A program made the translations under genes and the position numbers. Below the pieces are notes generated by a model that searched no databases, was not told the origin of the DNA, and was given only the letters and a program-made list of their open reading frames with translations. This document shows positions 35,051-44,701 of a stretch of DNA of 64,000 bases, one piece after another. The DNA is from a phage, in NCBI GenBank assembly GCA_012813795.1, contig GCA_012813795.1_4087.1. One strand, given 5' to 3'. Numbering within the stretch: position 1 is the stretch's first letter; every line of letters begins with the position of its first letter.

Positions 35051-35473
35051 TTACCCTTTCAATTGTTTCTCGATATGGAATGTATTGTATATCTTGTTGT
35101 ACACAGTGTCAATAATTTTCTTAACGTCTGCTAACTCTTCGACAGTTGTGCACACATCACTGATAGTACTTAACTGAAACAACTCTTCTTCAGTACTGTA
35201 CAGTGTTATATCAAATTTGTTGCGAAGTTCATCTTCGATAACGTATTGATTTGTGACAGTATATGATGCAATTTCAACATCCAACAACTTATCACCTTCA
35301 AAAACATTATAAATGAACACAAATGTTAGTTCTTCACTCTCATCATCACTGTAGCTTATATATACATTGTAATTTTCACCATGAAAATCAAGATTGTGCT
35401 CAAACCTATTATCAGGTACTAGTGAATCTATAGGCATTCCCTTTAACAAATCAAAACAATCTCTTGGGTTCAT
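35051..35473 (-). CDS. EE-x-FQ family paralog
   Basis: STEEELFQLSTISDV... Confidence 0.6.
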   Translation of the reverse strand: MNPRDCFDLLKGMPIDSLVPDNRFEHNLDFHGENYNVYISYSDDESEELTFVFIYNVFEGDKLLDVEIASYTVTNQYVIEDELRNKFDITLYSTEEELFQLSTISDVCTTVEELADVKKIIDTVYNKIYNTFHIEKQLKG

Positions 35474-35910
35474 TTTACATCCATTTGTCGCTGTTCATCA
35501 ATAAAAAAGATGTTAAAGATAGCTGAACGCATTTTTGTTAGCGTACTCATGAGATATTTTAAATCCTTGAAATCAATATTAAATGTTTGAACCAGTGATT
35601 CCTGGAAATACCCCTCTTCAGTAGTGCATTCACTTACATTTTGTACCTGATATATTTTGATAATATTATCATCACGAAGCATAATTTCTAAGTTATTGTT
35701 ATTAACATTGTGCACGATATACATCTGATCACCATATACCAGATTATTAACTGATAATGATAATACATTATTTTCAATAATAATCTTAAAGCAATTCTGA
35801 CCTACGTATGTGGTATTTTTAATTTGTTCTTCAGGATCAGTCAAACCATCGTTGATAAATTTAATTTTATTAAAAGTACTGATATATTTTTTAACTAATT
35901 TAATGTTCAT
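35470..35910 (-). CDS. EE-x-FQ family paralog
   Basis: TTEEGYFQESLVQTF... Confidence 0.6.
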   Translation of the reverse strand: MNIKLVKKYISTFNKIKFINDGLTDPEEQIKNTTYVGQNCFKIIIENNVLSLSVNNLVYGDQMYIVHNVNNNNLEIMLRDDNIIKIYQVQNVSECTTEEGYFQESLVQTFNIDFKDLKYLMSTLTKMRSAIFNIFFIDEQRQMDVK

Positions 35911-36287
35911 TGCTTTACCTTAGATAGAGCATAATTCATTATTGACTTGATTTTTTGTAAATTGTCATATGACATTACATGTTTTTCAATTAATGATAGT
36001 TGAAATAATTCTTCTTCAGTTGAATTCAAGTAAACTTCTGAACCATCATAATTTTCAAAATCATAAAGGTATGAAAGACGGTCATCTATATACCAACCAA
36101 TCCATTCAATGGTGTTTCTTTCTTTGAAAACACAAGTATATGGATTATCTCTTGAATCTAAGGTTATGGTTAAACGTAAACATGAATTTGATTGTTGTAC
36201 ACTCTGTCTCCCATAATATACAGTAACCTCATCGGTTTCAATTGATTTATACAAAGCATCAATTTTTCTATCCAATTCATCTACCAT
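35907..36287 (-). CDS. EE-x-FQ family paralog
   Basis: STEEELFQLSLIEKH... Confidence 0.6.
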   Translation of the reverse strand: MVDELDRKIDALYKSIETDEVTVYYGRQSVQQSNSCLRLTITLDSRDNPYTCVFKERNTIEWIGWYIDDRLSYLYDFENYDGSEVYLNSTEEELFQLSLIEKHVMSYDNLQKIKSIMNYALSKVKQ

Positions 36288-36691
36288 AATCTTACCCTTT
36301 TCAATGCTTTAACTTCGTCAGTGCACGGGAACACAACGAATCCAGTTAATGTTAGACCATCAAAATGGTTGAATCCATAATCATGAATCTTAGTTGCAGT
36401 GAATCCTTCAGCTTTCACTTTATCGAATAGATTAAGCATCTGTTCTTCAGATTTAGCCTTTAAGATAATCTTGCGGCGACCGTCCTGTACCCAAGTACTG
36501 AAATCGTTCAGGATCTTTTCATCTTCATCTCTTGGGTTCTCACCAACAGCATTACAACCACGAATTGATGTACCAGCAACTGTAACCGTGGACCAGATAG
36601 AATCAACCGCATGACCCGCCTGAGCAGCAAGCTTCCCAACTGGCATATCTAAGTCTTCACGAATGATTATGTAACATTTACTTACTGTCAT
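36281..36691 (-). CDS. peptidyl-tRNA hydrolase, PTH2 family
   Basis: KCYIIIREDLDMPVGKLAAQAGHA... and C-terminal ...LTGFVVFP..EVKALKRVRLW match the PTH2 fold signature (archaeal/eukaryotic-type Pth). Confidence 0.6.
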   Translation of the reverse strand: MTVSKCYIIIREDLDMPVGKLAAQAGHAVDSIWSTVTVAGTSIRGCNAVGENPRDEDEKILNDFSTWVQDGRRKIILKAKSEEQMLNLFDKVKAEGFTATKIHDYGFNHFDGLTLTGFVVFPCTDEVKALKRVRLW

Positions 36692-37103
36692 CTACAATCT
36701 CCTTTTCATATTGCTCAAGTATCGAATAGATCTTATTGGAAATGTCCAATGTTTTAACATAATCACAGTACCTGATACACCCAAAATCATACAAAGTACT
36801 AACCATAAAGAATTCTTCTTCAGAGTACTTCTTTTCATTGAATGTAATGGTATTTGTAATTTTTCCAGATTCTGAATATTTTACATAGATAATACTACCA
36901 TTACTTATGTAATCTAATGTCTCTGAATACTTTTCAATACTAGAACTATGTCTAAATTGAATTCCTACAGATTTATCATACCAAAGAGATTTATTTCCGT
37001 CAGTAAGTATAGCATAATCAATCTTACGTTTATCATTGACACACATACCACAATCGGTAATTTTTAGTTTAGTGATATCAATATTCAACAGATCACTTAT
37101 CAT
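36678..37103 (-). CDS. EE-x-FQ family paralog (variant SEEEFFMVS)
   Basis: C-terminal motif variant. Confidence 0.55.
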   Translation of the reverse strand: MISDLLNIDITKLKITDCGMCVNDKRKIDYAILTDGNKSLWYDKSVGIQFRHSSSIEKYSETLDYISNGSIIYVKYSESGKITNTITFNEKKYSEEEFFMVSTLYDFGCIRYCDYVKTLDISNKIYSILEQYEKEIVDDSK

Positions 37104-37527
37104 CCAATTCTCCGAATTTGGTTAGAGCAAACACTTTTGCCTCATCATGCAGTTTGTGAATTAGTATGATATTATCATATGTTAAATCTAGTACATTGTC
37201 AACAAGTGAACGTTGAAATAGTATCTCTTCAGATGTGATTTCATGGATGTTTTCTATCTTAATTTCATTGAATGTATCAGTTTCATTTTCTCGCGTACTC
37301 ATGATCAACGTACCACTCGTTGAAATGTATGATATCTTGGTATCCACACCATCAATGGTTGCGTACAGGCGAATTATTTCATATGAATCAGTTAATCTTA
37401 CATTAACCTTAATTTCATCCTCTGTACAAAACCACACACTTTTAGCAAAGAAATTGACACGTACTTTCATATCTTTAAGTTTATTATTTTGGAAATATTT
37501 TAGTACTTTTTTGAATGATATAATCAT
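37093..37527 (-). CDS. EE-x-FQ family paralog
   Basis: TSEEILFQRSLVDNVLDLTYDNI. Confidence 0.6.
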   Translation of the reverse strand: MIISFKKVLKYFQNNKLKDMKVRVNFFAKSVWFCTEDEIKVNVRLTDSYEIIRLYATIDGVDTKISYISTSGTLIMSTRENETDTFNEIKIENIHEITSEEILFQRSLVDNVLDLTYDNIILIHKLHDEAKVFALTKFGELDDK

Positions 37528-37544
37528 ATGTATCTCCTTTAGTA

Positions 37545-37940
37545 CTATATCGCATAGTACTTAAATAATGTTTTTAGATCATCAATAGTGAATGGTAAAT
37601 CCTCCAAAAGCAACTGTTGAAAGTAATGCTCTTCGTCAAGATACTTATGTATATTGATGAATGATTTTCTATGATAATCCGCTTTCCATGTAGGTCTTGT
37701 ACCCTTAGTATATTCAGTGAATACAATTTTGTCCATACCATAATCATACACGAATTCATTCTTTTCTGCAACCCCCTGATACTTTAGTTTTACCGGTTCT
37801 TTGCTGATAGAAAATTTATGCTCAGATGATTCATAATAGAATGATGATTGCTGATATTTTGATAAATCAATCTTTGAAAAATCATTTAGATAATAAGAAA
37901 GTTTAATTGTGACGATGCTGCCTATTCGACGACCCAACAT
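37545..37940 (-). CDS. EE-x-FQ family paralog
   Basis: LDEEHYFQQLLLEDLPFTIDDLKTL. Confidence 0.6.
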   Translation of the reverse strand: MLGRRIGSIVTIKLSYYLNDFSKIDLSKYQQSSFYYESSEHKFSISKEPVKLKYQGVAEKNEFVYDYGMDKIVFTEYTKGTRPTWKADYHRKSFINIHKYLDEEHYFQQLLLEDLPFTIDDLKTLFKYYAI

Positions 37941-37955
37941 ACTTTTATCCTAATA

Positions 37956-37980
37956 TAAAAAATGCCCCTGGGAGGGGCAG
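37956..37980 (-). terminator. intrinsic terminator (gcccctgggaggggc)
   Basis: GC-rich hairpin followed on the minus strand by TTTTTTAT. Confidence 0.55.
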
Positions 37981-38089
37981 TACGAAAAGATATAAAATGT
38001 ACAATAAGAAATGGAAAATATAATAAATTAATTTTATTATAGAAGGGAGGAAAAATAACATAATAATATGTTAGCCATTACTGGCATAA

Positions 38090-38641
38090 TTATTTATCAT
38101 TAAGCTCTTTTAATTTAGTCTGAACATCTAGTGTTAATTTTCTTAGTTTCTTAAAGACAAAAGCACTGTCATCTAGTTCAAGTTTCATACCATGTGTAAT
38201 GGCATAAAGAACTTCAGCTTTAGCCAAATCATGACGCATCCAATTACCATTCTTATAGAGAGTCATTACACAAAAAGGGCAAACACTTTCAGATGTTTGA
38301 TGACCAATAAAAACGGATTGTATCGTATCATGTTGGAAATTAATAAATGACTCGTTAATTTTTTGAATTTCTGCAATTACATCAAGTTTAGCATCCGTAT
38401 TAATAGCAAAAATATTGTTCCCGTTGTCATCAGTATTGATGTTTAGCTCTATATCAGAACCTATTTTGCGTACTGCCATTGTATAAAGCAATAACTCATA
38501 CATGTCATATGACGTTACATCACCGCTTGGTGCAGTAACGTTAAGGTTAACACCGTGATGTGTAACTTCAGTACTGAATCCTTCTTTATCTGCTAGGAAA
38601 TTTACAATTTGGTTCGTGAATTTTTGAATTTGTTCGATCAT
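38090..38641 (-). CDS. hypothetical protein
   Basis: 183-aa ORF. Confidence 0.55.
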   Translation of the reverse strand: MIEQIQKFTNQIVNFLADKEGFSTEVTHHGVNLNVTAPSGDVTSYDMYELLLYTMAVRKIGSDIELNINTDDNGNNIFAINTDAKLDVIAEIQKINESFINFQHDTIQSVFIGHQTSESVCPFCVMTLYKNGNWMRHDLAKAEVLYAITHGMKLELDDSAFVFKKLRKLTLDVQTKLKELNDK

Positions 38642-38718
38642 ATTAAGTACTCCTTTACTTTGTCTTATTTAACAAATGAATATAAGGCTCCCGATTGAGA
38701 GCCTTATTTCTTTTTATA

Positions 38719-39156
38719 TTATGCGGTTTCTTCTTCGAACTTAGCGACGATATCAACCATTTCATTGATTAGTTTGATATGGTCATAAGTTACTGAACGG
38801 AAATCTACAACAAGTGACTGTTGGAAGAATTCTTCTTCTGGCAACCCACCATCAAAGTTGAGATCAACATTCTCATCATCATTAGTTGGTGCAACCTTGA
38901 TGTTGAAACTATTTTCATCAACAACCAGTTTAACTACACAACCCAAGCAGATAGATAGTACATATGCTGGTTTCTTAGCTGCTTCTTTACGGAAAGGTGC
39001 ACGAAGAGCACATACTACGCTACTAATTTCATCACCTTCTTCTTTATATTTGACGGTAATCATTAGCTCTTCAACTTTAATCGCTTCAATTACACGAGAA
39101 GGGTTTTCTGCGAAGAATGGGTTGTTACGGATTACTTGTTCAAGATTCATATTCAT
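38719..39156 (-). CDS. EE-x-FQ family paralog
   Basis: LPEEEFFQQSLVVDFRSVTYDHIKLI. Confidence 0.6.
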   Translation of the reverse strand: MNMNLEQVIRNNPFFAENPSRVIEAIKVEELMITVKYKEEGDEISSVVCALRAPFRKEAAKKPAYVLSICLGCVVKLVVDENSFNIKVAPTNDDENVDLNFDGGLPEEEFFQQSLVVDFRSVTYDHIKLINEMVDIVAKFEEETA

Positions 39157-39347
39157 TCCTTATTCATATCACTAAAGTTACGGAGATTGCGATTAGCTTT
39201 GAATTGTTTCAAATCACTGAATCGGTCATCAACCAAAAATGTTGCTGTTTCTGTTGCCTGACATGTTGTACAAACTAACATACCTTGTATTGTATACGCT
39301 GTATTGCAATTTGTACAGTACTTTTTTTCAATCAACTCGACGTTCAT
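39153..39347 (-). CDS. small zinc-ribbon protein
   Basis: CTNCN...CTTCQ (two CxxC pairs). Confidence 0.5.
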   Translation of the reverse strand: MNVELIEKKYCTNCNTAYTIQGMLVCTTCQATETATFLVDDRFSDLKQFKANRNLRNFSDMNKE

Positions 39348-39679
39348 AAAACCTTCACATCACTACGTTTATTTCGTGCGTCTTTCTTTTCCTCATCAGT
39401 TCGTGTATCATCTAATTGTAACACAACTTCTTTAAGAATGTCAACATCAATTTCAGCTTCTACGTAATGAAAGTCATTGCGACCAAAAACATACTTCACT
39501 GCAACCCATACACGCTTGTACCATTTAAGAAAAGGATTCAAACGCATACTGACTGTACATTGACCAAGTTTATCATCACCGTGTTCTTCTGTCAAGTCAA
39601 ATTGTGCAATGTGAACACAATGTTCATTTTTATCACCACAAGTACAACGCAACATAAACTCTTTGCTATCTTTACTCAT
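39344..39679 (-). CDS. small Cys/His-rich protein
   Basis: CTCGDKNEHCVH motif. Confidence 0.5.
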   Translation of the reverse strand: MSKDSKEFMLRCTCGDKNEHCVHIAQFDLTEEHGDDKLGQCTVSMRLNPFLKWYKRVWVAVKYVFGRNDFHYVEAEIDVDILKEVVLQLDDTRTDEEKKDARNKRSDVKVL

Positions 39680-40137
39680 ACTGGATATGCCTTTTCAAAC
39701 GATTTCAGAACACCAAACTTAGCAGCATCGTAATCAAATTGATAACTCAATTCACGATTTTCATTCATACGATATACCATATGAAAGTTTGGATAACCAA
39801 TTCTAACAGGTTTATTAGAATTAGCAAGGAGAATTGCCCATTCTTTTACAGGGAACACATTTTCCTGTAACATTTTAAGATTACGTTCAAAGTACTTCAT
39901 AGCTTGTGTGCCAATCTTGTATTCTTGTTCAGTAATCTCATCAATCTCTACACTTTTGGATTCTAAATCAAAAACCCAATTGTTATCTTCGTAGTATAAA
40001 TCTTTTACATCATCGATGGTATATGAATCTGGAAGATCATAAAAAATCCACGCTGATGCCCCTGAACTGGTAATGATACGAATTTTATAATACTTCATCA
40101 CGATCCTCATTACTGTTAATGTAATAGTAACAGACAA
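39676..40137 (-). CDS. hypothetical protein
   Basis: 153-aa ORF. Confidence 0.55.
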   Translation of the reverse strand: MSVTITLTVMRIVMKYYKIRIITSSGASAWIFYDLPDSYTIDDVKDLYYEDNNWVFDLESKSVEIDEITEQEYKIGTQAMKYFERNLKMLQENVFPVKEWAILLANSNKPVRIGYPNFHMVYRMNENRELSYQFDYDAAKFGVLKSFEKAYPV

Positions 40138-40263
40138 TACAGTGTATTACCAATAAAATTAGTTCTATGATGTTAAGCATAACCACATGTGATTGTGGGA
40201 ACACCAGAGCCAATATCAACATTATAGTTGGAATGACGAATATTGTCAACTCTTTTTTCATGT

Positions 40264-40545
40264 TTATTCCTTAATATATGCATACGGCATAAAAACAACT
40301 TCAGCACCATCTACAGTATCAGCTATCACCTTAACAATACTTTCATTTTTGTTACATTGCCATACTTTTGTTATTTTATGCCTGAATACATTTCCATCTT
40401 TGACAATCCAGTACATGTTCATTTTAACAGTGCTTTCTTCACTTGGCACTAAAAGTTCATTTATTGGGGTTGCATCAAATGTTAGTTTGTTCATTTTTAT
40501 ATAAATCCAAAACATATTGTCCAAAATAAAGCTCAATAGCATCAT
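40264..40545 (-). CDS. hypothetical protein
   Basis: 93-aa ORF. Confidence 0.5.
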   Translation of the reverse strand: MMLLSFILDNMFWIYIKMNKLTFDATPINELLVPSEESTVKMNMYWIVKDGNVFRHKITKVWQCNKNESIVKVIADTVDGAEVVFMPYAYIKE

Positions 40546-40822
40546 TTACCATTTGAACCTCATTGCGATATATACCATTTCCACCACACACAGAACACAA
40601 ACACTGATACTGTGGTGTTTTTATTATAACACGACCAGCAGAAAATGACCTTATATCTTTTGCATAGTTCATCTCCATATATTCAAGTTCAAGAGTATGA
40701 TCTACATCCTTATTGTAACATATCCAACAAGTTCTTGAATGATTCATATCAGTTGAACCCCCATAAATGTGCAAATGAACTGTCATTTCTAACCAATTCT
40801 TTTGCATACGAACTAATTGCAT
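40475..40822 (-). CDS. small zinc-finger protein
   Basis: CWICYN...CSVCGGNG. Confidence 0.5.
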   Translation of the reverse strand: MQLVRMQKNWLEMTVHLHIYGGSTDMNHSRTCWICYNKDVDHTLELEYMEMNYAKDIRSFSAGRVIIKTPQYQCLCSVCGGNGIYRNEVQMVNDAIELYFGQYVLDLYKNEQTNI

Positions 40823-41024
40823 TCACAACCATAATATTAACACAATTCAACTCATGAAGAACAAGTTCATTACCACATAATGAACAAGATGTACTATAAA
40901 ATGGTGTTGGTAATTTTATATAGCCACCTCTTAATGGAAAGACTTGTTCCTCTATTGTCAACATTGTATCAGACGGAGTGACAAACATCTCACATTCAAG
41001 ACAACAAATTTTCACTTTATCCAT
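40749..41024 (-). CDS. small zinc-finger protein
   Basis: CCLECEMF...CSLCGNEL. Confidence 0.5.
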   Translation of the reverse strand: MDKVKICCLECEMFVTPSDTMLTIEEQVFPLRGGYIKLPTPFYSTSCSLCGNELVLHELNCVNIMVVNAISSYAKELVRNDSSFAHLWGFN

Positions 41025-41511
41025 TATTCATCTCCTTCAGTACAGTTCTGATATCCTCAAAGGTCTGAACAAACCAGCGGTGTTCATCACTAACATCAAT
41101 GATCTTACCACTATACAAATAATAATGCTCAAACTTCAGAGTACTTTTACGCAATCGTTCAGCAAGTTCAGGATTCTGCATTATTTTAGCACATATCGCA
41201 TCCTGGATTACATTTAATCGCTCAGGTGTCATCTCTATACGGTCATGCATATATGTGTTTGCAGCGGCTTTCGCTGCGGCTCCTGACACCTTTCTAAGTT
41301 CTTCATGCTGTTGTCCAGTGAGGAACCAGAAATAAAAAGACTCAACCGAAGGAAACCATCCATATGGTTCTAGTGTAAAGCTATGGGGAGAAAAATTAGA
41401 TAAATCTCTCCCTAGCTTAGTTTTCCCTTTACTGTAGATATTGATATGCGTGTATCCATCTTCAGTACAGTCAATGTAGTTTTTTGGTTGTTCATCAGGA
41501 AATTCAAACAT
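41017..41511 (-). CDS. NADAR-domain (YbiA-like) protein
   Basis: INIYSKG...LSNFSP...FPSVESFYFWF...RLRKSTLKF pattern fits the NADAR/DUF1768 family. Confidence 0.6.
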   Translation of the reverse strand: MFEFPDEQPKNYIDCTEDGYTHINIYSKGKTKLGRDLSNFSPHSFTLEPYGWFPSVESFYFWFLTGQQHEELRKVSGAAAKAAANTYMHDRIEMTPERLNVIQDAICAKIMQNPELAERLRKSTLKFEHYYLYSGKIIDVSDEHRWFVQTFEDIRTVLKEMNNG

Positions 41512-41864
41512 TATTCTTCATCACCTGATGGTGTTCCGCGTAGTTTATCAAAATCTACCCAAATACCATGCTCATTTTTAAAACGACACTTACCATAGTA
41601 CCAGCTATAGTCAGTTTCGACACCTTGTGAATATGAGCGAACGCTACAATCATACATACCATAGAGATGGCCTTTTACACAGTATGTTCCAAATAACATA
41701 ACAACAAAAACAACGGCTGCACTGATTTTAGGAAAATCCATAACTAAATCGATAACAGAATTTTCTTGATGATTATCAATTTTAGAACGAATAGTTGAAA
41801 TAGTTTTCAGTACTAATACTGCTACAACCAATGAAACCAAAAGCACACATAAGTAAATCAACAT
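41511..41864 (-). CDS. hypothetical protein with N-terminal TM helices
   Basis: 117-aa ORF. Confidence 0.5.
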   Translation of the reverse strand: MLIYLCVLLVSLVVAVLVLKTISTIRSKIDNHQENSVIDLVMDFPKISAAVVFVVMLFGTYCVKGHLYGMYDCSVRSYSQGVETDYSWYYGKCRFKNEHGIWVDFDKLRGTPSGDEE

Positions 41865-41865
41865 A

Positions 41866-42414
41866 TTATTCTCCTAACATTCTTAATACATTAGAAATAA
41901 AGAACACATCAAATGGTTCTTTTGGATTTGCTACAGAATGCTGAAATGCATATTCATGAAAATTTTCACGGTCTAACCAATCTTCATTATTAACTAACAT
42001 TTTTTTCTCACCAAGAATCACACTATGTATAGATGTGAAAGATTCTGTTGATATGGTATATCCAACCAATGTACCTTTTTTAGTGAAATCGAAAGTACCA
42101 AAATAATTTCGGGTATATTGTCTTGTTCTATTTTCAAACATTCTTGCAATATTTTCTTTGTATGGATCAGAATATGGCTGACGATATATGGGGTCTAAAG
42201 ATCCAAACATTTCTATTTTAGATTGCAGGGTTATTAAATTATCCGTGATAAAAAAATGAACGCCTTTATATTCGAAATCCTTCTTACGATTATATGAAAA
42301 TACTGATACATCCCACTCTGATATTACCTGAACGAACTCATTAACACCTCTTTCCAGATCGGGGAGATATGGTAGATCTTTATTATCGTATTGCATGTTT
42401 ATAATCCTTTTCAA
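41866..42414 (-). CDS. hypothetical protein
   Basis: 182-aa ORF. Confidence 0.55.
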   Translation of the reverse strand: MKRIINMQYDNKDLPYLPDLERGVNEFVQVISEWDVSVFSYNRKKDFEYKGVHFFITDNLITLQSKIEMFGSLDPIYRQPYSDPYKENIARMFENRTRQYTRNYFGTFDFTKKGTLVGYTISTESFTSIHSVILGEKKMLVNNEDWLDRENFHEYAFQHSVANPKEPFDVFFISNVLRMLGE

Positions 42415-42964
42415 GATTTAATACTTCTAAAATACTAAATTTATTGGAACCCTCAATGTCTTTAATAAATGCATCTGGATTGTCTTCTAATGAATATATT
42501 TCACCATTGATAAGCGTTTTTTCATGTAGAATCATAGCTGACATAATCTTATTACCCATAGATTCTTTCTCAGGCGTTGTACCATTACTATTGGTGAAGT
42601 AAATGAAGTTACTTGGTAGTTCACTCCACTCAACTGATATGATATTTTTCATAGCTGTTGTTGTACAAACTTTAATATAACGCTCAATAATCGTATTGGA
42701 TGAAGTTGCCGCAATTGTCATTGGATGACCGTGGGCAATATTTACACCGCTTGGAACTGCGATAGATGATGATATATTTGGAACATTGGATTCAATTTTA
42801 GGTTCTTTTATCCCTAAAATAAATTCATAATGACGAGCATGATGCTTCATTTTAAAAATTATAGTATCTGATTCAAAACTATAAGGAAGAATTATATTAT
42901 CATATGCACGCTTTTTGATTTCTGCTATACGCTCGAACAACTTAAGAGTTTCATTATAAAACAT
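42383..42964 (-). CDS. hypothetical protein
   Basis: 193-aa ORF. Confidence 0.55.
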   Translation of the reverse strand: MFYNETLKLFERIAEIKKRAYDNIILPYSFESDTIIFKMKHHARHYEFILGIKEPKIESNVPNISSSIAVPSGVNIAHGHPMTIAATSSNTIIERYIKVCTTTAMKNIISVEWSELPSNFIYFTNSNGTTPEKESMGNKIMSAMILHEKTLINGEIYSLEDNPDAFIKDIEGSNKFSILEVLNLEKDYKHAIR

Positions 42965-42978
42965 AGTTTATATCCTAT

Positions 42979-43007
42979 TAAAAAGGGAGTACATTATTGT
43001 ACTCCCC
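42979..43007 (-). terminator. intrinsic terminator (gggagtacattattgtactccc)
   Basis: Perfect stem followed on the minus strand by TTTTTAAT. Confidence 0.6.
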
Positions 43008-43013
43008 AAATAC

Positions 43014-43568
43014 TTACAATTTAATTACTTCCTGAATACCAGTTTCCATTGCTTTCTTAGTGCGAGTATCAGAAACGACAGTACACAAATGTTCAATATC
43101 TTTACTTGGGAATGTATTAGAATCGATGATTTTTGAGTTCCAGAATCCTTTACGGAATTTCTCATAATCAGTACATTGTTCAATTTTCATTTTCTGCAAG
43201 TTATTGAACTTCTCACGCCCTGCATCAATTGTAACCATCAACTCTTGATAAATCTTAGGATCAAGATTTGGAACTTGTTGTTGAATCTGTGACATTACAA
43301 ATTTCTGATCAACTCCTTCACGTCCCTTAAAGTACGCTTCGATTGTCTCTTTCAATGCATCCTTATATTTGTCCGATACTTGAACCTTTTCTTGAATAGT
43401 TAGTGTATAACTACTCAGTTGACTTTCAGATGCATCGTAGTACTTTTTAATATTACCTTCAAAATTCACTGCACTATCATGTACTGAACTATACATACTT
43501 ACAGTTGCAAACACACCAATAACAAAAATCACCAACATACCAACCAACAAAATCATAGGCTTATTCAT
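43014..43568 (-). CDS. membrane-anchored hypothetical protein
   Basis: N-terminal TM helix. Confidence 0.55.
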   Translation of the reverse strand: MNKPMILLVGMLVIFVIGVFATVSMYSSVHDSAVNFEGNIKKYYDASESQLSSYTLTIQEKVQVSDKYKDALKETIEAYFKGREGVDQKFVMSQIQQQVPNLDPKIYQELMVTIDAGREKFNNLQKMKIEQCTDYEKFRKGFWNSKIIDSNTFPSKDIEHLCTVVSDTRTKKAMETGIQEVIKL

Positions 43569-44701
43569 ACATTATTTTCCTTCATATAAAGACCAACAAC
43601 AATCGACAGTACAATGAGAATCAAAGATGCAGCAATCATAACATCTTTTCGTGGTTCCATTTTAACTGCCATGTATTCAAACTCTTTATTAGACAGACGT
43701 TCAAACTTAGTCTGTATATTATGAACCTGAACTTTAAGTAAGTCAAGTGTTAATACTTCATTTAACGCATCCATTCGCATTTTAGAATGCAATTCTTCAT
43801 TATTCATACCTTTAGCGAATGACGTACTATTGAATGATTTAACGACACCATCATTACTGATACCAAAGAACATAATCACATCGTTCTTCTTGCCACCACG
43901 CCAGATTGAGGTTACTGCATCAACAAAATTCACGTCATGATAATCATATACTAGTACTTGAATGTTTACTTGCTTTTGTGCACCTAATGTTTTTAACACT
44001 TCACGTAAATATTCATCATACCCACTCACATCGTAATCAGTTTTATTAATAACGTGGTGTGTTTTATAATAATCACTAATACTTGGATATTCAGGTAAAG
44101 ATTCCAGATATTCTTTATCATACATAGAAATCAAATCTTCAGTACTGAATAATGAGTGTTTATCTGCAAATAGATAATTTATGTATGTGTTTTCTGCTGC
44201 TGCATAATCACCATTTTTCACTTCTTGCCAGCGTGGTGGAGTTTGTGTTCCTTGTCTATTGACCCTTTCAATCTCAAACTTACCAACAGTGCTTTTAACG
44301 TACCAATCAATCTCATACGGATAGTCGAATACCTTATAAGATTCACATTCACGTTGTGAGCGACCTTTAGAATCATAGGTAGTCCAGCAACGCTCATGCC
44401 AAGTATAGTGTTTACAAGAACTTGATTGTGATGTGCAGTTCTCACGTTGGCTGTATTTCTCTGTAACCTGACCATTTAGAATTTCAACATCACGAAGTTG
44501 GCTGTAGTTTATCAAGTATGATGTTCCCAATACCAACACCGCTGCAAGAAAGCAAATTCCAGTATGAATTAGCAATTCCTTTGTTGTTATGGCAGTATGG
44601 TATTTGAACTTCATGATTAGAACAACTATCAAACTTGGTATTAGAAGAATTGCTAAGTTCATTGTGTTACCTTTAATAGTTCCCGCGTTCGTTGATTGCA
44701 T
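43565..44701 (-). CDS. membrane protein (N- and C-terminal TM segments)
   Basis: 378-aa ORF. Confidence 0.55.
   Translation of the reverse strand: MQSTNAGTIKGNTMNLAILLIPSLIVVLIMKFKYHTAITTKELLIHTGICFLAAVLVLGTSYLINYSQLRDVEILNGQVTEKYSQRENCTSQSSSCKHYTWHERCWTTYDSKGRSQRECESYKVFDYPYEIDWYVKSTVGKFEIERVNRQGTQTPPRWQEVKNGDYAAAENTYINYLFADKHSLFSTEDLISMYDKEYLESLPEYPSISDYYKTHHVINKTDYDVSGYDEYLREVLKTLGAQKQVNIQVLVYDYHDVNFVDAVTSIWRGGKKNDVIMFFGISNDGVVKSFNSTSFAKGMNNEELHSKMRMDALNEVLTLDLLKVQVHNIQTKFERLSNKEFEYMAVKMEPRKDVMIAASLILIVLSIVVGLYMKENNV

Noticed and set aside
40085-40261. 58-aa hydrophobic ORF (MKKELTIFVIPTIMLILALVF...) between 39676..40137 and 40264..40545
   Set aside because: Overlaps the 5' end of 39676..40137 by ~50 nt in another frame and has no clear SD; not reported as a feature.
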